Shown here in pieces: positions 1 through 12,700 of a stretch of 64,000 bases of DNA. Origin of the DNA: Entomortierella parvispora E1425 (lineage: Eukaryota; Fungi; Mortierellomycota); contig BQFW01000003.1 of NCBI GenBank assembly GCA_020891255.1, positions 62,001-126,000 on the forward strand, in the 5' to 3' direction. Under the pieces are notes generated by a model. That model ran no database searches. It saw nothing but the letters and a program-made list of their open reading frames with translations, and was not told the origin of the DNA. The position numbers were made by a program, and so were the translations under genes. Position 1 is the stretch's first letter. The number at the start of each line of letters is the position of its first letter.

Positions 1-1878
1 TTGACTGCATCCACGTTGTCCTTTTCCCGCACCCACACCGCTAACCGATCGGCCTTTGTCCGTCGAGAGAGAACTAGTGTCAACACCAGGAACAAACTGT
101 TAGTTAGCATGCATTCGTCATCAAGTTAGACCAACAATGAAGAGGGCAAGACGCTGAGCACTTACCAGCTCCACAGATATCGTCTCCAGCGTCCAATTGC
201 TCGCCCACAAGGGCGTATGCCAGCTCCATCCAACAGCGATCAAGCAGTTCTGGGTTTTTGGTCAACAGAGTGAGTATCCAGCGACCGCCCTATTACCAAG
301 TTGCGTTCAGTTAATCAAGCCATACACTTTCAACAAAACACGATTCGGACTGAATGCGGTACCTTTGAATTTGCCGGGTCCTCCCACATGGGCTTGATGC
401 CATCCTTGAATAAGTGGTAGTTGGAGCTGTTCTCAATCTTGTGTGGCTTTATAATCCAGTTGAAGTATTCAGCAAAGCGCTTCACCTATAGGATGATACC
501 AAATCACGGTTGTGTTGGGGAAACGCTGTCAGCTTGGACAATGATTGCTCTGTTTGGGCGCGAATTGATATGAGCGATACGTACAGTTGTAAAGGAGCCT
601 ATTTCTCTCAGGCCGCTTTCAAAGTTGGATTGAGATGATCCCTGCCGGTTGTAAGCACTTGTAGTATCAAAATATAGTGTCCTGGAAAAGATTGAACATA
701 TAAACATATAAGTTGTGGTCCTTAGCAGTAGACAACATTGATATATGGAAATGGTAAAAATAACATACCAAGGATGTTGGAGCGGAAGCTTGTCTGCGAT
801 GGCGGCCGAAACTGACGATGATGCAGATGCATGGTCACCCTGACCTGAAGAGCTGGGTTCCTGTGGATTAAGTGAAGACCTGCGTGGTGAAGACCTGCTC
901 AGAGTTGCCAGAGAGAAAGGAGCATGACTTGATTGTCCATTGCTGGAACCTCCCACTGAGGAACCGGTCGAGTCCATGTGTGCGCCATTGGAAAGAACGG
1001 GGGATCCCAGTCCAGAGGAAAAGGCGTTGTTGTGGCTCGCTGTTCGTCTCATATCTGTTCCCTGCGAAAGATGGCTGGACTGCGTCTTCCCTCCGAGTCC
1101 TGCATGGGCCAAAAAAATAAAATAAAATTATATCAGAAAATAGAAATCTGGTCAAAAAGTTGCCAATGACCTAAAACTTGTTCGCTGCTAGGCCCGATCC
1201 TTTCACCCCCTCATTCTCAGTACCTTTTCCCACCGGGCTGGGCTGCGGGCTACCTGTCAGACTGGCAGTCCGCTGCACCTTGATATGTGCCATGTGCGTC
1301 GAGCCCGGAGTTCCAAACGCACTGGGGGCTCGCCTCTCCTTGTCCCCCAAATGAAACGACGACGACGCTGAAAGCGCAGGTGAGAGCTGGACTGACGGGT
1401 GCTTTTCCTTGGAGGAGAATTTGGCAGCCAGGTCCTCCATCTTCATCGCGGACATGACTGGCGGAGTGGATACACCGTGGGACGGTGTCCCAGCGGAGAG
1501 GCCTCTGTTGGCCGAGGCGGTATACGAGCTGGTCCTCGCTGGTGAACCAAAGGCACGAACCTCGCTCTGCTCATGGCTGCTCGGTCCTTGCTCTGATGAC
1601 GAAGCTGGGGTATTTGTGGTTGGGGTCACCCCTCTTGCCGAGGGGCTTACCCATGCGCCGCCTGTGCTTGTCGACGTCGACGGCGAGGAGGAAGACGACG
1701 GCCGTGGATCACTGTCCTTGAACAAGCCCGATGCCGGGGGTGCAGGCGAGCTCCTGCCTGTACGGGAGGATGCACGCCAAGGGCCTGGCGCAGGTGAGGC
1801 AGCGCGTCCTTCTGAAGACGGGGTCCCTTGTCCATGAGGCAGGCCCACGGCATCAGCGGCCGAGGCACTTGCAGACAT
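1..1878 (-). CDS. eIF4E-family cap-binding protein with long disordered N-terminal extension; multi-exon, 3' end runs off the window start
   Basis: Spliced exons read LPLQHPW|TLYFD...GSFTT|VKRFAEYFNWIIKP...NYHLFKDGIKPMWEDPANSK|GGRWILTL...DRCWMELAYALVGEQLDAGDDICGA|VLSRRTKADRLAVW. These match the eIF4E motifs FKDGIxPMWED, GGRW and DDxCGAV. The start is taken from ORF 1171..1878. Confidence 0.92.
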
Positions 1879-2188
1879 GGCAGCGGAGGTTGGAGAAAGA
1901 GAACGCGGGGTTGGAGAATGGGAGCAGCGGCAGCAGGATGCGGGCGCTGACTAGAAAGATGTTTGCTTGGGGTAGAATGCAGCCCTCCGTAGCGAGAATG
2001 GCGATGGAGACGGGGGTCAAAGACGGAAGAGCAACAGATGAGCGACGCGTCGGCATGGGCATGTCTTCCTTCCTCTGGGTTTGCTTTGGGGGTCGTTTTG
2101 GGTCACTGTGGTGGGTGTACAGGAGTGGGGTGTGCACCCTTAAGGAAAGGGGAAAATGAGGTTAAAAAATGCTTATTTGTTTTACTTT

Positions 2189-5108
2189 TTATTTGGCGTT
2201 TGGTCGAGCATGGCTGGCCTCCGGGGCTGCTGCTGCTGCTGCTGCTGCTGCTGTACGGGGCCGTCGCTCGCCATGCGGGTATCGGTCATGAGCTTCGATC
2301 TTGTCATCGTTGCCCCACACTAGCTGCAGCGGCTGGCGACTCAGCTCCAATATCATCTCGCGAACTGACGCCAAACCACCAAGAGATCCACTCTCCTTCA
2401 ATCTCTCTGGAGTCTCGGTGCCTCTTTGCTTATGAGGAGAGTTGTTTCTGGGGCGCACTGCTGAAGGCTTAGATGTTTTTGGAAACTTTGCCTGGCCATC
2501 GGTATCTGTCTTTTTTGGATCCTCTGTTGGCAAGGCGTGGCTTCTTGTTGTGGGCTTTTTGTCAGACTGTCTGGAGCGGGCAGATTGGCCACCCATCGAA
2601 TGGTTCAATATAGAAGATCGCATTCCATCATCGCTCTGACCACCATTACTATGGTCTGTGTGGGAAGAGCCAAGCGTGCTCATGTAGAGCGTCCTGAAAC
2701 GGGCTATCGATTCCACGCTTTCCGATACTCTGTTAAAAGTGTTGAACAGCGCCACGATCTCAGTTCTTTGGAGAAGGTTGGGATTTTTAATTGGGCTAGA
2801 TCATTGAGAAGAGCAAGAAAGCAGACATTGGTCAATAAAGCTCCTAGGTTCCGTCAAGTCGATCTATTCTCATGCTCAGTATTTAGAACTTACTTCAAGT
2901 GCTCGTCATTGTACGAAAACAAAACTTTCAGGGCTGTGCCAAGTCCTGACGTCTGGACTTTGCCCCAGAGTCTACATTTTTCGCATCCAACACATGAAAC
3001 AATCTTTGTAATATTCCTGAAATGATCCCGGAACTCCATCTTCAGTGCCTGCGCCTCTGGTCCCACGAACATGGCCTTTTCATCAAAAATGGCTGGAGAT
3101 CGAGTCGCGGTCTCGATCAGTCGATCCACCATCACCTAAGAAGGAGTAAAAGGTCAAACATGAAAGAATGTCTCTCGGGATCAGTTTCGTTTGACGAGAA
3201 GCAAAAAAGGTCATACATTTCATCCGCATTCAGGTCAGGGAAACCTACCTTGACTCCGGCATCCTCTTCGGAATTTCCGGTGCAAAATTCATAATCCTGC
3301 AAGTATCCTGACAGCTTTGTGACGGCACGGACAAGAATGGCATAGTCAAAGTAAATGTTCTCGAGTCGGTCCGGGTGAGCGCCTACCCTGGAGACAAAAC
3401 AATCCAAGTTTGGTCCCTAATTACGAACAATTAAAGTCAGACTTCTGTTTCCCAGAATAATAATAATAACAGACACTTGAAACACTATGTCGTCAACTTA
3501 CCCATACTCCTGTACTCTGATTGAGATACTCATCGCAAATATGAATGGAGATGGAAGCATGTAGACCAGAGATCATCCTGTAAAAGACCCGCTTCTCCAA
3601 GCAAATCTCATCATCTTGTGCGGCTCCCGCTGCCAGAGGACTGACCGGATCAAATGCCTTGGACATGTCTTCAGAGGTTGTTGTCTTTGTCTTCGAGTGA
3701 TGGTTGTGCTGGCGATCGTGTGCGTGCGCTGGCTCTGAAGGAACCAAGGGGATGGAGGCTGGGTTCTGAGCCATTGAAAATCCTGTCAAGGCCGAAGTCT
3801 GTAGCTCCTCCTTCAACTCCTCAGCCTCTGATTCACGATCCAGAGAGCATTGTTCACAATCCGAGTCCATTTGCATCCTCTGTGCGACATTGAAGCAGTT
3901 TTCGTTGTAAATGGCGCCCCAAACCTTCGCTGCGGAGGGTCCTGCATATCCTGTAAACCGCTCTGGGTTGGCGATGAGATCCACATAAACACCTTCAGAG
4001 CTCGCTTCGTCATCCACTTCACAGAAATCTTGGTCCTTGAGATTACAGCTCTTGAACGGTTGAAAGTGCTAGATGTAGAGAGCATTCATATTAACTGTTG
4101 GGTAAGTGTCTTTTTCCATAAAGTTGTGATTCAAGTTCTGCCGTCCCTCTTACCTCTCCATTTTTAGGGGACGTAAGCGCTCCGAGGGCAGCACTGGTCC
4201 ATTCCTGAGGGATATTTTGCTATAAAGAATACAACCATATGAATACACTGTCAGGGGTACAAACATCGGGACCAACGATCAGAGCAAGAGACAACCCTAC
4301 CTCGTCGACCAATGCGACTCCGCAGTCTGGGTTCATGCAAAGGTGATTCTCGCTCCAAAAAGGGCAGCTCTCATATAGATTCAGCTAGAATGTTATTCCA
4401 TTGGAGGATGACCAACACTTGATTAGAAAGGATATTAAGCGATTGTAATCCGATCCGAGGCACCATGCTCCCGCATCCATACCTTGTAATAACGAAAGAA
4501 TTTTTGTTGTACAATCGCCCTCAGCTGGACTCGCATTTCGTCGTTGACCTTTTCTACGGCATCATAATCGCATATCGAGTTCTCGATCTGCATTGATTGC
4601 TATTCACGGTCAAGAGGTGGATGAATGAGTAAAACGATCCGTACACAGAGAAAGAAAAAGGGGTGGAGACTGTGGAGATAAAAAAAAAAAACGTTTGAAT
4701 TTGTCATCTTGAGAGTCTATCGTTTTTTACCCGACACTGTCCTGGTTTGTGTAGCGTATGGTCATGCTCTGGCTCATTCATATCCGCAGAAAGCGAAGAG
4801 GGTTTCGAAGACAAGGTCGAGCTTTCCCGGTGTTTCCTTTGCTGAGTTACCAAGTGATCGACAAAGAAGGGTATGTTGACTCGCTTGCTCTTCCTGCGAG
4901 GCTGTGAGTCGTCGAGATGGCGATTAGCATTGGTATGGGCGAAGTTAAGACCGTTGGCCCAGGGCCTGTTGACGGGTGGACTCAAAGAAGGCGAGGCTGC
5001 TGCCCGGGTCAGAACAGGTGCGGTTGTATACAATGTGTCGAGGAGAAGGAGAAGCAGAAGAGGCAGCAGGGTCCTCGAGGAGGGCTGGGCCCATTTGAGA
5101 TGATGCAT
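2189..5108 (-). CDS. ERO1: ER oxidoreductin 1 (FAD-dependent sulfhydryl oxidase), multi-exon
   Basis: Exons give an N-terminal hydrophobic signal (MHHLKW...[10 protein letters not shown]), FFRYYK|[21 protein letters not shown] (shuttle cysteines), [19 protein letters not shown], the [12 protein letters not shown] CxxCxxC active site and [11 protein letters not shown]. Confidence 0.95.
2227..2252 (+). repeat. (CTG)n trinucleotide run encoding poly-Ala near the ERO1 C-terminus
   Basis: ctgctgctg... is visible in the sequence and translates as AAAAAAAAA on the minus strand. Confidence 0.85.
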
Positions 5109-5474
5109 GTGAGAATGAATGAGCAGGAGGGGATGACACGGGCGAGCCGAGAGGAATGAGCAACTAAGGCAGCGGGGAGATGAGGATGATGCTGATGCTG
5201 ATGCAGTGGGTCGAGATGGGATGATGGAAGGTAGAAGGAACAAAAGCAAAGGGCAAGGGTTCGTTCCTTTGGTTTTGTTCCTGGGAACACAAATGCGAAT
5301 TATTTCAATGTGGGGCCAGGGAAGAGACTTCGCCCTCCTGGCTCTCTCCCACTTTTTTTTCAGCCATCTTCTTCGGCACTCGCTCCCACGCCACGTCAAC
5401 CGCCGTTGCCCTTTGTGGGCTCCTCCTTCAATTACTGTATTTCTGTTTATAGTCTACTTCAATTGTTGCGCAAG

Positions 5475-8400
5475 CTACGCCATTAGCGCGTCAGCCCAGT
5501 CTACCTCCAAGGCCTCGTCGCCGCGTACCTCCAGCCCGCCAGCCGTTTTCATTTCAATCTGCAATTGGGCAGTCTCTGCGCTCCAGGTCACTTTCACCTC
5601 ATCCCTCGGCACTGCTCGAAGGTCGCGCTGATGTTGCAACGTCGCCGTGCCAGTTTCCGGTCGACGCACAATCGAAACCCGCACGAGATGAGCATCGACC
5701 TTGCTGCTCGAACCTGCTCTTGCCCTCTTTACCAGCCCTTCGACTGCCTTGTCCAGTCCGACGCCCCAAATCATCACAACGGAGACAAAGCTTGACCGTA
5801 CTCCAGGGGGTTGTGAGAACGGAACGCTTTCTTCCTGATCCTCTTGGTCTTCACCACTGCATTCTGTGGCTCGAGTGGACGTCAAAGTCAACACACCTGG
5901 ACGAGCCCTCATCTTGACAAGGGTACCATCCAAGGCCCTGAAAGAGTCGTCATCGTGGTAGTATTCACCTCTAGCTCGACCCAGCTCGTCCAATGCAACC
6001 ACGACCTCTAGTGGTGCCTTTCTTGCCTCAGTGGTCGTTAGGAACATGGACTGGGATCTGGTGCTGGCACGTGGAAGAATATGGCCGCCACGGACATGTA
6101 CAGGGATTTTAGACAGGGGTGCTTCGATTTCAAAGATTCGACTGGTATGGTCAGCCTGCACAAAGACCTCAAGGAATCCAGAGTGCAGATCATACCATCG
6201 ACCTGGAGGGAATCTAGCCTTCACTGTCAGTTGTTCCGGCTCCAACGCTGGAGATACTAAAACACAAGTTCCGACAAGGAACTGGTCGTCAATCTTGAGC
6301 AACGACTTATCGGAGGGGCTCAAGATCCAGAGGGGTGAGCAAACCATCTGTCCATCGTGGTGTGATCGATAAAAGAGCGTGTACCAGAATGGCAACAGCC
6401 GATAACGAACATCCAGATAGGCTCGTGTGACAGCGGACAATGCTGTGGAGGTGTATGGTTCCTGGGGTGGATTGATGATGCAATTGTGATTTCGAACAAA
6501 TGGGTAGAATGCGCCCAATTGATGCCAACGGATCAGTAGCTCCTCTGAGGCTGTATCTCCAAATCCACCCACATCAGCGCCAACCATGCTGATGCCAAAG
6601 AGCTGAAAGTTCAAGAGACCAGCGATAGAGTCGCGCATGTCCGAATATCTTGACCAATTGTCGCCTAGCCACTTGACAACGTACTGTCCCGATCCAACAA
6701 ATGTGCTGCGAGACAGAACGAATGGCTTCTTGGATGGCTCCAGTTCCCTCAGGGCAGAGTAGGTAGCTATGCCTTCCATGTGTCCTGAAAGATTATGAGC
6801 GTCATACTCTAGTACACCTCCATGGTGGATAGCGTCTGCCGAGACTGTCCGATACTCTAGATCTGCGTACTCGCTGTTGTTGTTGATTCTGTAGGGTGGG
6901 TGGTTCGGATCCCTGTACACAACTGGTGGCTTTTCCTGGGCGAGAACCATTCCAGCTTGATTTGGCTTGGCCACTTGAGCTGACGACTGAGCGACAGAGG
7001 CGGTACCGTGTGCACGGCTCTGGATGTCGTGATCATGGATACGCTCTTCCATGGCTATCACGTCCTTAGGTTGGAGATGGTGAACACGGTTTGATTGAAC
7101 ATGGACTTTCTCGTCGTTGAAATCATCCAGGCCATTCCCGGTCTTGGTAGTGGTGGATTTGGCATGCTCGTGCTGGGGTTGCTGCTGATGTTGTGGTTGA
7201 ACCATAACAGTTTCGGACTCCTCGTTCTCATCATCCCTGGGTTCCGCTGCAGAAAAGTCGGAGAGTTGAACAGGTCGATCCTCGGAGGATTCAATATGAG
7301 AACAGTCGCCATCGTGAAAACTGGCGTTTTCGTTCATGTCAATCCACAGGCCAGAGAATGGTACTTTGCGATACCACTCGGAAATGTACTTTATCCAATA
7401 CGACTGCGCTTCAGGATGGAACCAGTCGGGGAATGTCGTCTTTCCTGGCCAGACCTTGCCGACGAAATCGACAAGATCACCAGCAGAATGTTTTTTTCCG
7501 TCTGAAAACTCCTCTCCTTCTTTGATCCTGCGCTTAATGAACAGGTTATTTGCCACTCCCTCATCGTATGGTTCATAGAGTCCAGACTGGTATTGAAGTT
7601 TGATGCCAGGATCCAGTATCATAACTAAATGCTGATCCTGAGCCCGCAGTTCCTTCACAAATGCTGCGAATTCTTTGAGAGGGAATCGGTCCTCGTCGAT
7701 GGTGAAGCACTTGTATTCGTCCATGTAGCTACCAAGGCAAAATTCAATGTTAGCCCAAAAGAAGAAAAAATGAAAGAAAAGCGCTTATAGTGGTCTGCGA
7801 GGTACACCTACTCAATATCGATCCAGATGCTTTCCAGAGGCAGGTTGTGTTTTTGGTATTCAGCCACGACAGTCTTGACCTTGTCTAGAGTGTCGTATCC
7901 CCAGCGGCACTGACCCATGCCCAGACTCCAGAAAGGAGGCATGCATGGTCGTCCAATGAGTTCTGTGTACTGCTGCACGACACTTTGTGGCGTTGGACCA
8001 GTCAAGATATAGAGCTCGATCGAGCCCCCAATGACCCTGTAAGTGAGCGTGTCCCCATTGGGCGAAAGGAGGATATCCATTCCGTTGGAACTCATCAGGA
8101 GCTACGCAGCCAACAAAAAAATGACGATGACGGGTTAGACCAAGATAAATCCGATTTCTCTTTCCAATGTCCGCCAGAGACTTGTGGTGCAAACGCACAG
8201 ATCATGGTTGTTTTGCCACGATCCATGAACCTAAGATATGAAATCTTTGACTTTCAAACCAAGACACACACGGGTCATCGTGACGATCACCCAATGTGCT
8301 CGGTCTGCAATGAACTTACCACACCGTGGGCTTTCCCACTGGGGAGCACTTCCAGGTAGAACGGATGGCTTCCATACAAGTTGTCGCCCTCATTACAGGG

Positions 8401-9051
8401 GCAGTCGCGCGCCCAGAGAGTCGTCACTGTGCCGAGTTGGCGGCGAAATCGACCCACATTCTCACCAAGTCCAAAGAGGTGGGTCTCGCCTCCGCCCTGT
8501 TCTGGTCCAACTCGGGTAGAGAGTTCCAGGAATTGGTCCTTCATGGTGAGACCCATTCCCTGGCCACCAAAGAGACGTTCGCCTGTGGATGCTCTCCTGA
8601 TCTCGGGCGAGAACGAGTCGCGATCAGTCCAATAGGCAGAGTACTGTAGATCCAGAGGTTCTCCCGTCGAGGTAGCAGGGTAGCGGGGCACGATGGAGTC
8701 GGGAACCCGCCAGGGGGTCTTTTCGGCATTTTCAATCTCGATACAAAGTCTAGAGGGCGATTGGGCAGTGAGGGTGAAGGAAAGGCGAGACGGGTCGGGT
8801 CCAAAGCTGCGGGGCAAGGTTGCAGGCCGAGCCAGTTCGAGGTTAAGGACCTGGGGGGTGTGGGGTTTGAGAGGCAGGGGTGTGTCGTGAAGGAGAGACG
8901 GAGACTCCTGCGCGATGCGGTAGTCTGCAGCATGGGTCAAATCTGTGGGAGCATAGGAGAGAACTCTTGTGCTGTTGCTGATGTTATTGCTGTTGCTGTT
9001 GCTGTTGCTTTTGCTTTTGCTTTTGCTCTTAGTGTCGGTAGAAGCGGTCAT
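5475..9051 (-). CDS. Glycoside hydrolase family 31 alpha-glucosidase, 3 exons
   Basis: Motifs LYGSHPFY, HGV|LLMSSNGMD, QCRWGY, WIDI(D|Y)MD, the catalytic nucleophile WIDMNE, the acid/base motif WLGDN, VGADVGGF and FYPFVRNHN. The start ATG is uncertain: an in-frame ORF extends to 9267. Confidence 0.93.
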
Positions 9052-9162
9052 CTTGGATAAAAGTAGGGCAGGAAGAGGGATGGAGCAAGAGAGAAAGATG
9101 CGTATTGCAAAGGAAAAGGAGGAGAGCCACGGTGAGAAAAAGGCAGAAAGGGACACGATATA

Positions 9163-9170
9163 CACGTGAC
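9163..9170 (-). promoter_or_regulatory. GTCACGTG E-box (Cbf1/bHLH-type site) about 110 nt upstream of the GH31 ATG
   Basis: cacgtgac on the + strand. Function is inferred from the motif only. Confidence 0.3.
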
Positions 9171-9701
9171 CGGTGCGCGTGTCTTTACTCCTGGTGCGCT
9201 GCATTGGTGTCCATCCCCCATCCTCTGGCTGCTTGTCGGTGTGTCGGTCAGTCAGTCCTTGACTCATCCGTCCATCCTTCTTCCTTCCTTCCTTCCTTCC
9301 TTCCTTCTTGTCATTGCCCTGCCTTTGTCTCTCTCTCTCTCTCTCTCTTCATTCTTTGATTGTTTATTTCACTTTTCTTCCCTTGCTTGCTCGCCTCGCT
9401 CTGCTCATCCCCTTCTCTTTCTCTCCCTCTCTCTCGTTTGCATACTTCATTCTCCGTCTTTGCCCACCTTCCTTCTCTCTCTCTCTCTCTCTCGCTCTCT
9501 CTCTCTTTTCTTTTCCTTACTTGCTCGCACTCGCCTTGCGAACGCGACAATTTGCAGTAGTTCTGTCTCAGCATTCCTTCTTTTCTTCACCTTCATCACT
9601 TTCCTTGACTCCATCATCTGTTCTTCCTTTCTGCATAATACAGTTCTACATATTTACCCACATACTCCTATATACATACATACTTACTTTCTCACCCATA
9701 C

Positions 9702-12700
9702 ATGGCCCAACCCTCCTCCGACTCCAACCTGCTCTCCTCCGACCTGGCCCCACCCGTGCTCGAGACTGACCCCTTCATCGTCGTCCGTGCCCTCTATCCC
9801 TACACATCCGAGGACCCCGCTGCTGCTGCTGCCGCCCTCTCTTTCGAGAAGGATGATCTGATCCAGGTCGTCGCTCAGCTCGAGTCAGGCTGGTGGTACG
9901 GCTTTTGTCGTGACCAAAGGGGCTGGTTCCCGTCCAATTTTGTTGAAGAGATCACCCAGGCTGACATTGATCTTGAGGACGGCGACAACGAATCCGACAA
10001 TGATACCAGCGACGACGTCCACTCGGACTCTCGGCCAGATCACCGTCATCACCACCAAAGGGGCGCCGAAAGCGACCCCGATTCGACGAGCTCGGACAAT
10101 GATATAGAAACGGCAAGTTTGCTGCACATGGTGTCCTTCCCATTTCGAATCTCATTCCTCTCTCCGTCTTGCTCTCTTTTTCTCCCTTTGGTTTTGCTTT
10201 GATGCTCACGTTGTCACTGTCAGCGTCTTCTGTCGGCTCTCGCGCCTGTCAGCCAAAGAGCAAACATTCCCCAATACGCCCCATGGATATGACAACAACT
10301 TCCAGCATTCGTATTTTTCAATGGTGTAGATATCTTAAGCAAGCTAGTCTAACCGCCTCTAGGTCTTGTATGCTTTTTTTTTCTCTCCGCCTGCAGATTA
10401 GAGAGGATCTCTGGCTACCTCAGACAACCGCCGACGGTCAGCTTTACTACTTTAATACCCGGACAGGAGATTCTTCCTGGTCCATTCCCACGCCTGGGTC
10501 CTCCACAGTCTTGACCTCTGTCCGTAAGTAATGGGGGTCAACATCTTTATTCCTTCCCTCCCCTCTTTTCCTGCAACCAACCAGATGGACTGTGGCACAA
10601 AGACGTCTGTTTTTTTCTCTTTCTCTCTGGAGAGTTGATCTCCGCTGGAGAGAGAAAGAGTGGAGAGAGAGAGAGAGAGAGAGAGAGTGCAAGCATGCTT
10701 TCTTCGTGTTTGTTGTATGGGCTGTTGTGGACATCGCATTATCCGAGTTGTAGCTCGGGCATCGTAATCTCTTCATACAGTGCACTCGGCAACTCGGGCC
10801 ACAACTGACGTTCAGGTCAATTGCTCATATTCTCACACCCTTCTTCCTGTCATTGGTCAATTGCCCTAACTGTCTGTTTGTCCATCTGTTTGTCTATCTG
10901 GTCCGTTCTCTCTAGCGCAAGAAAAGCAAGACAGGGCTTCCTCCGTCATGTCCAAGAACAGCAACAGCAACAACCTCTCAGGCCATACCCGAACCCAAAG
11001 TAATAGCAAAGTCCTCAAGACCGCCAATAGCAACAATGTATCAGAACTGGAGCGAGTTGACAATCTCCGTGTAAAAACCGCTTTAACTGAGCCCACGGAA
11101 ACGGATAGTCGAGGAGGATCGACAAGGCCCAATTCCTGGCAAGCCTCAGCACTACCGGTAAGGCACTTTCCCCTCCCCTCCCCTAGGCGCGTATTCCTCT
11201 CTATGGTCGTGTTGGGCTAGTGATAAGAAGGAAAGAGAGCCACGATTATGTACGCGTGGCTCAACAGGACTGACCTAAGCGTATTTGCTGGGGCCCTTCG
11301 CCACACCAGGGCCTGGACCTGAGCTTTGTTGATTGTTGTTTGTTGAGAGCACTCCAGCTCTGCGATTTTTTTTTTCCTTCAGAGAAAGAGAGAGAGAGAC
11401 AGGAGGGAGGGAGCTGAGTTTTTATCGCCTCCCCACCATCGATGTTGGGCACATGCACAGACGATGCCTGTTATTCCGCACCCCCCTCCGGTTCCCCTCC
11501 AACTCTACCGCTTTTTGATAATTCCCCATTCTGTGGTACTGATACAGCCTTCTTGTCATATCTAGACCAGGGCTGGCTCTCCACTGTGCCAGGATGGCCC
11601 GACTCTTGGTAGCCCCAACAACACCGTCAAAAAACCATCCAACGGGAGCTCGTCTTTGAACTCATCGGACCCACTACACGGAATGCCTCCGATGCCTGCG
11701 CTCTCAAACCCGTTCGAATCAACACCGACATGGGATTCATTAGCAGAATACACCTCGGGAGCGATCCACAATCTGATTCAGTCTGCGGAGCATGGCTACA
11801 AACCCTACTATCAACCGCAAGCCGCCCAAGTGGTGCAGTCCATCCGCGTGATGTTTTATGCCTCTGGCACGATCGACAAAGATTCGGCGCCTATTCAGTT
11901 ACATCGAAACCTCAAGGGTCATCACCGACAAATTATGGCAGCGCTTTCTAGACTGGTCTTGTCATCCAAGATGGCCTCGAGCGTCTGGCCTGCCGAGGGT
12001 GCTGTGACGAAAATGCGAACGGACGCGGATGATGTGGCGCTTTCGGTCAATCAGTTCATCACGACGGCCCAGAGTGCCGGTGTCACCGTGCACGATGTGG
12101 ACGGTAAATTGATCCAAGACCCAGAAGGGCCGACCGAAACCAGATCTGTCAGGAAACTCAGCAGAACCTTTTCCAACTCTTCCAGAGGCTCTTCATCATT
12201 CGACGGCAGCACCAACGGTAGTGTCAAGCCTTCTCGGCGGTCTATGGGATCCTCAGGGTTGCAGACACAACTAGACTATTACTCTAGGAGTGCCAGCAAG
12301 GCCGTCATGCTCTTATCACTCCAGATTGACAAAGTTTTGGAGACGGCTCAAAACTCACCGTCGGGTGGAACTCGGCCGAGCGACAGTCAGCGTGCCTGGT
12401 CCCTCATGAACTCTTCACAGTCATCTCAGCTGGTGACGCAATGCCATGGGGCCATTTCTCAGATTGGCTCGCTTTTGACTCTGGTGGGCGAATACTACGC
12501 TCTGGTGCTCAGCACTCACCCCTCGATCAAGGACCATCTCTTCCTGGACGTGCGTGTGTCAAGACAAGCATTGTACAACAATATGGCTACTCTAATGATG
12601 GCCATTCAGCTTGTCACGGACCCAAAAGCCCAGATTGGTACCTTGGAGTCCGCGCTGGATGCAAGTCAAATAACTGAGCGATCCGTGGCCGATCTCGCAG

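Noticed and set aside
504-1112. ORF-track proteins read as complete genes (for example 504..1112, 11656..14100, 18122..20521, 49150..50205)
   Set aside because: They are exons with intron read-through at their ends and belong to the multi-exon genes listed above.
4427-4435. ATATCCTTT (U12-type 5' splice consensus) on the minus strand within ERO1
   Set aside because: It lies inside an ordinary GTATGG..CTAG intron whose boundaries already give the correct reading frame (YYK|LNLY). No AT-AC intron is needed.
9166-9861. Long hydrophobic ORFs in CT/GA-rich regions (also 50406..52049, 36630..37061, 63063..63581, 22724..23170)
   Set aside because: These are translations of pyrimidine-rich UTR/promoter microsatellites, which yield Leu/Ser/Phe or Arg/Glu runs without stops. 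They have no family motifs.
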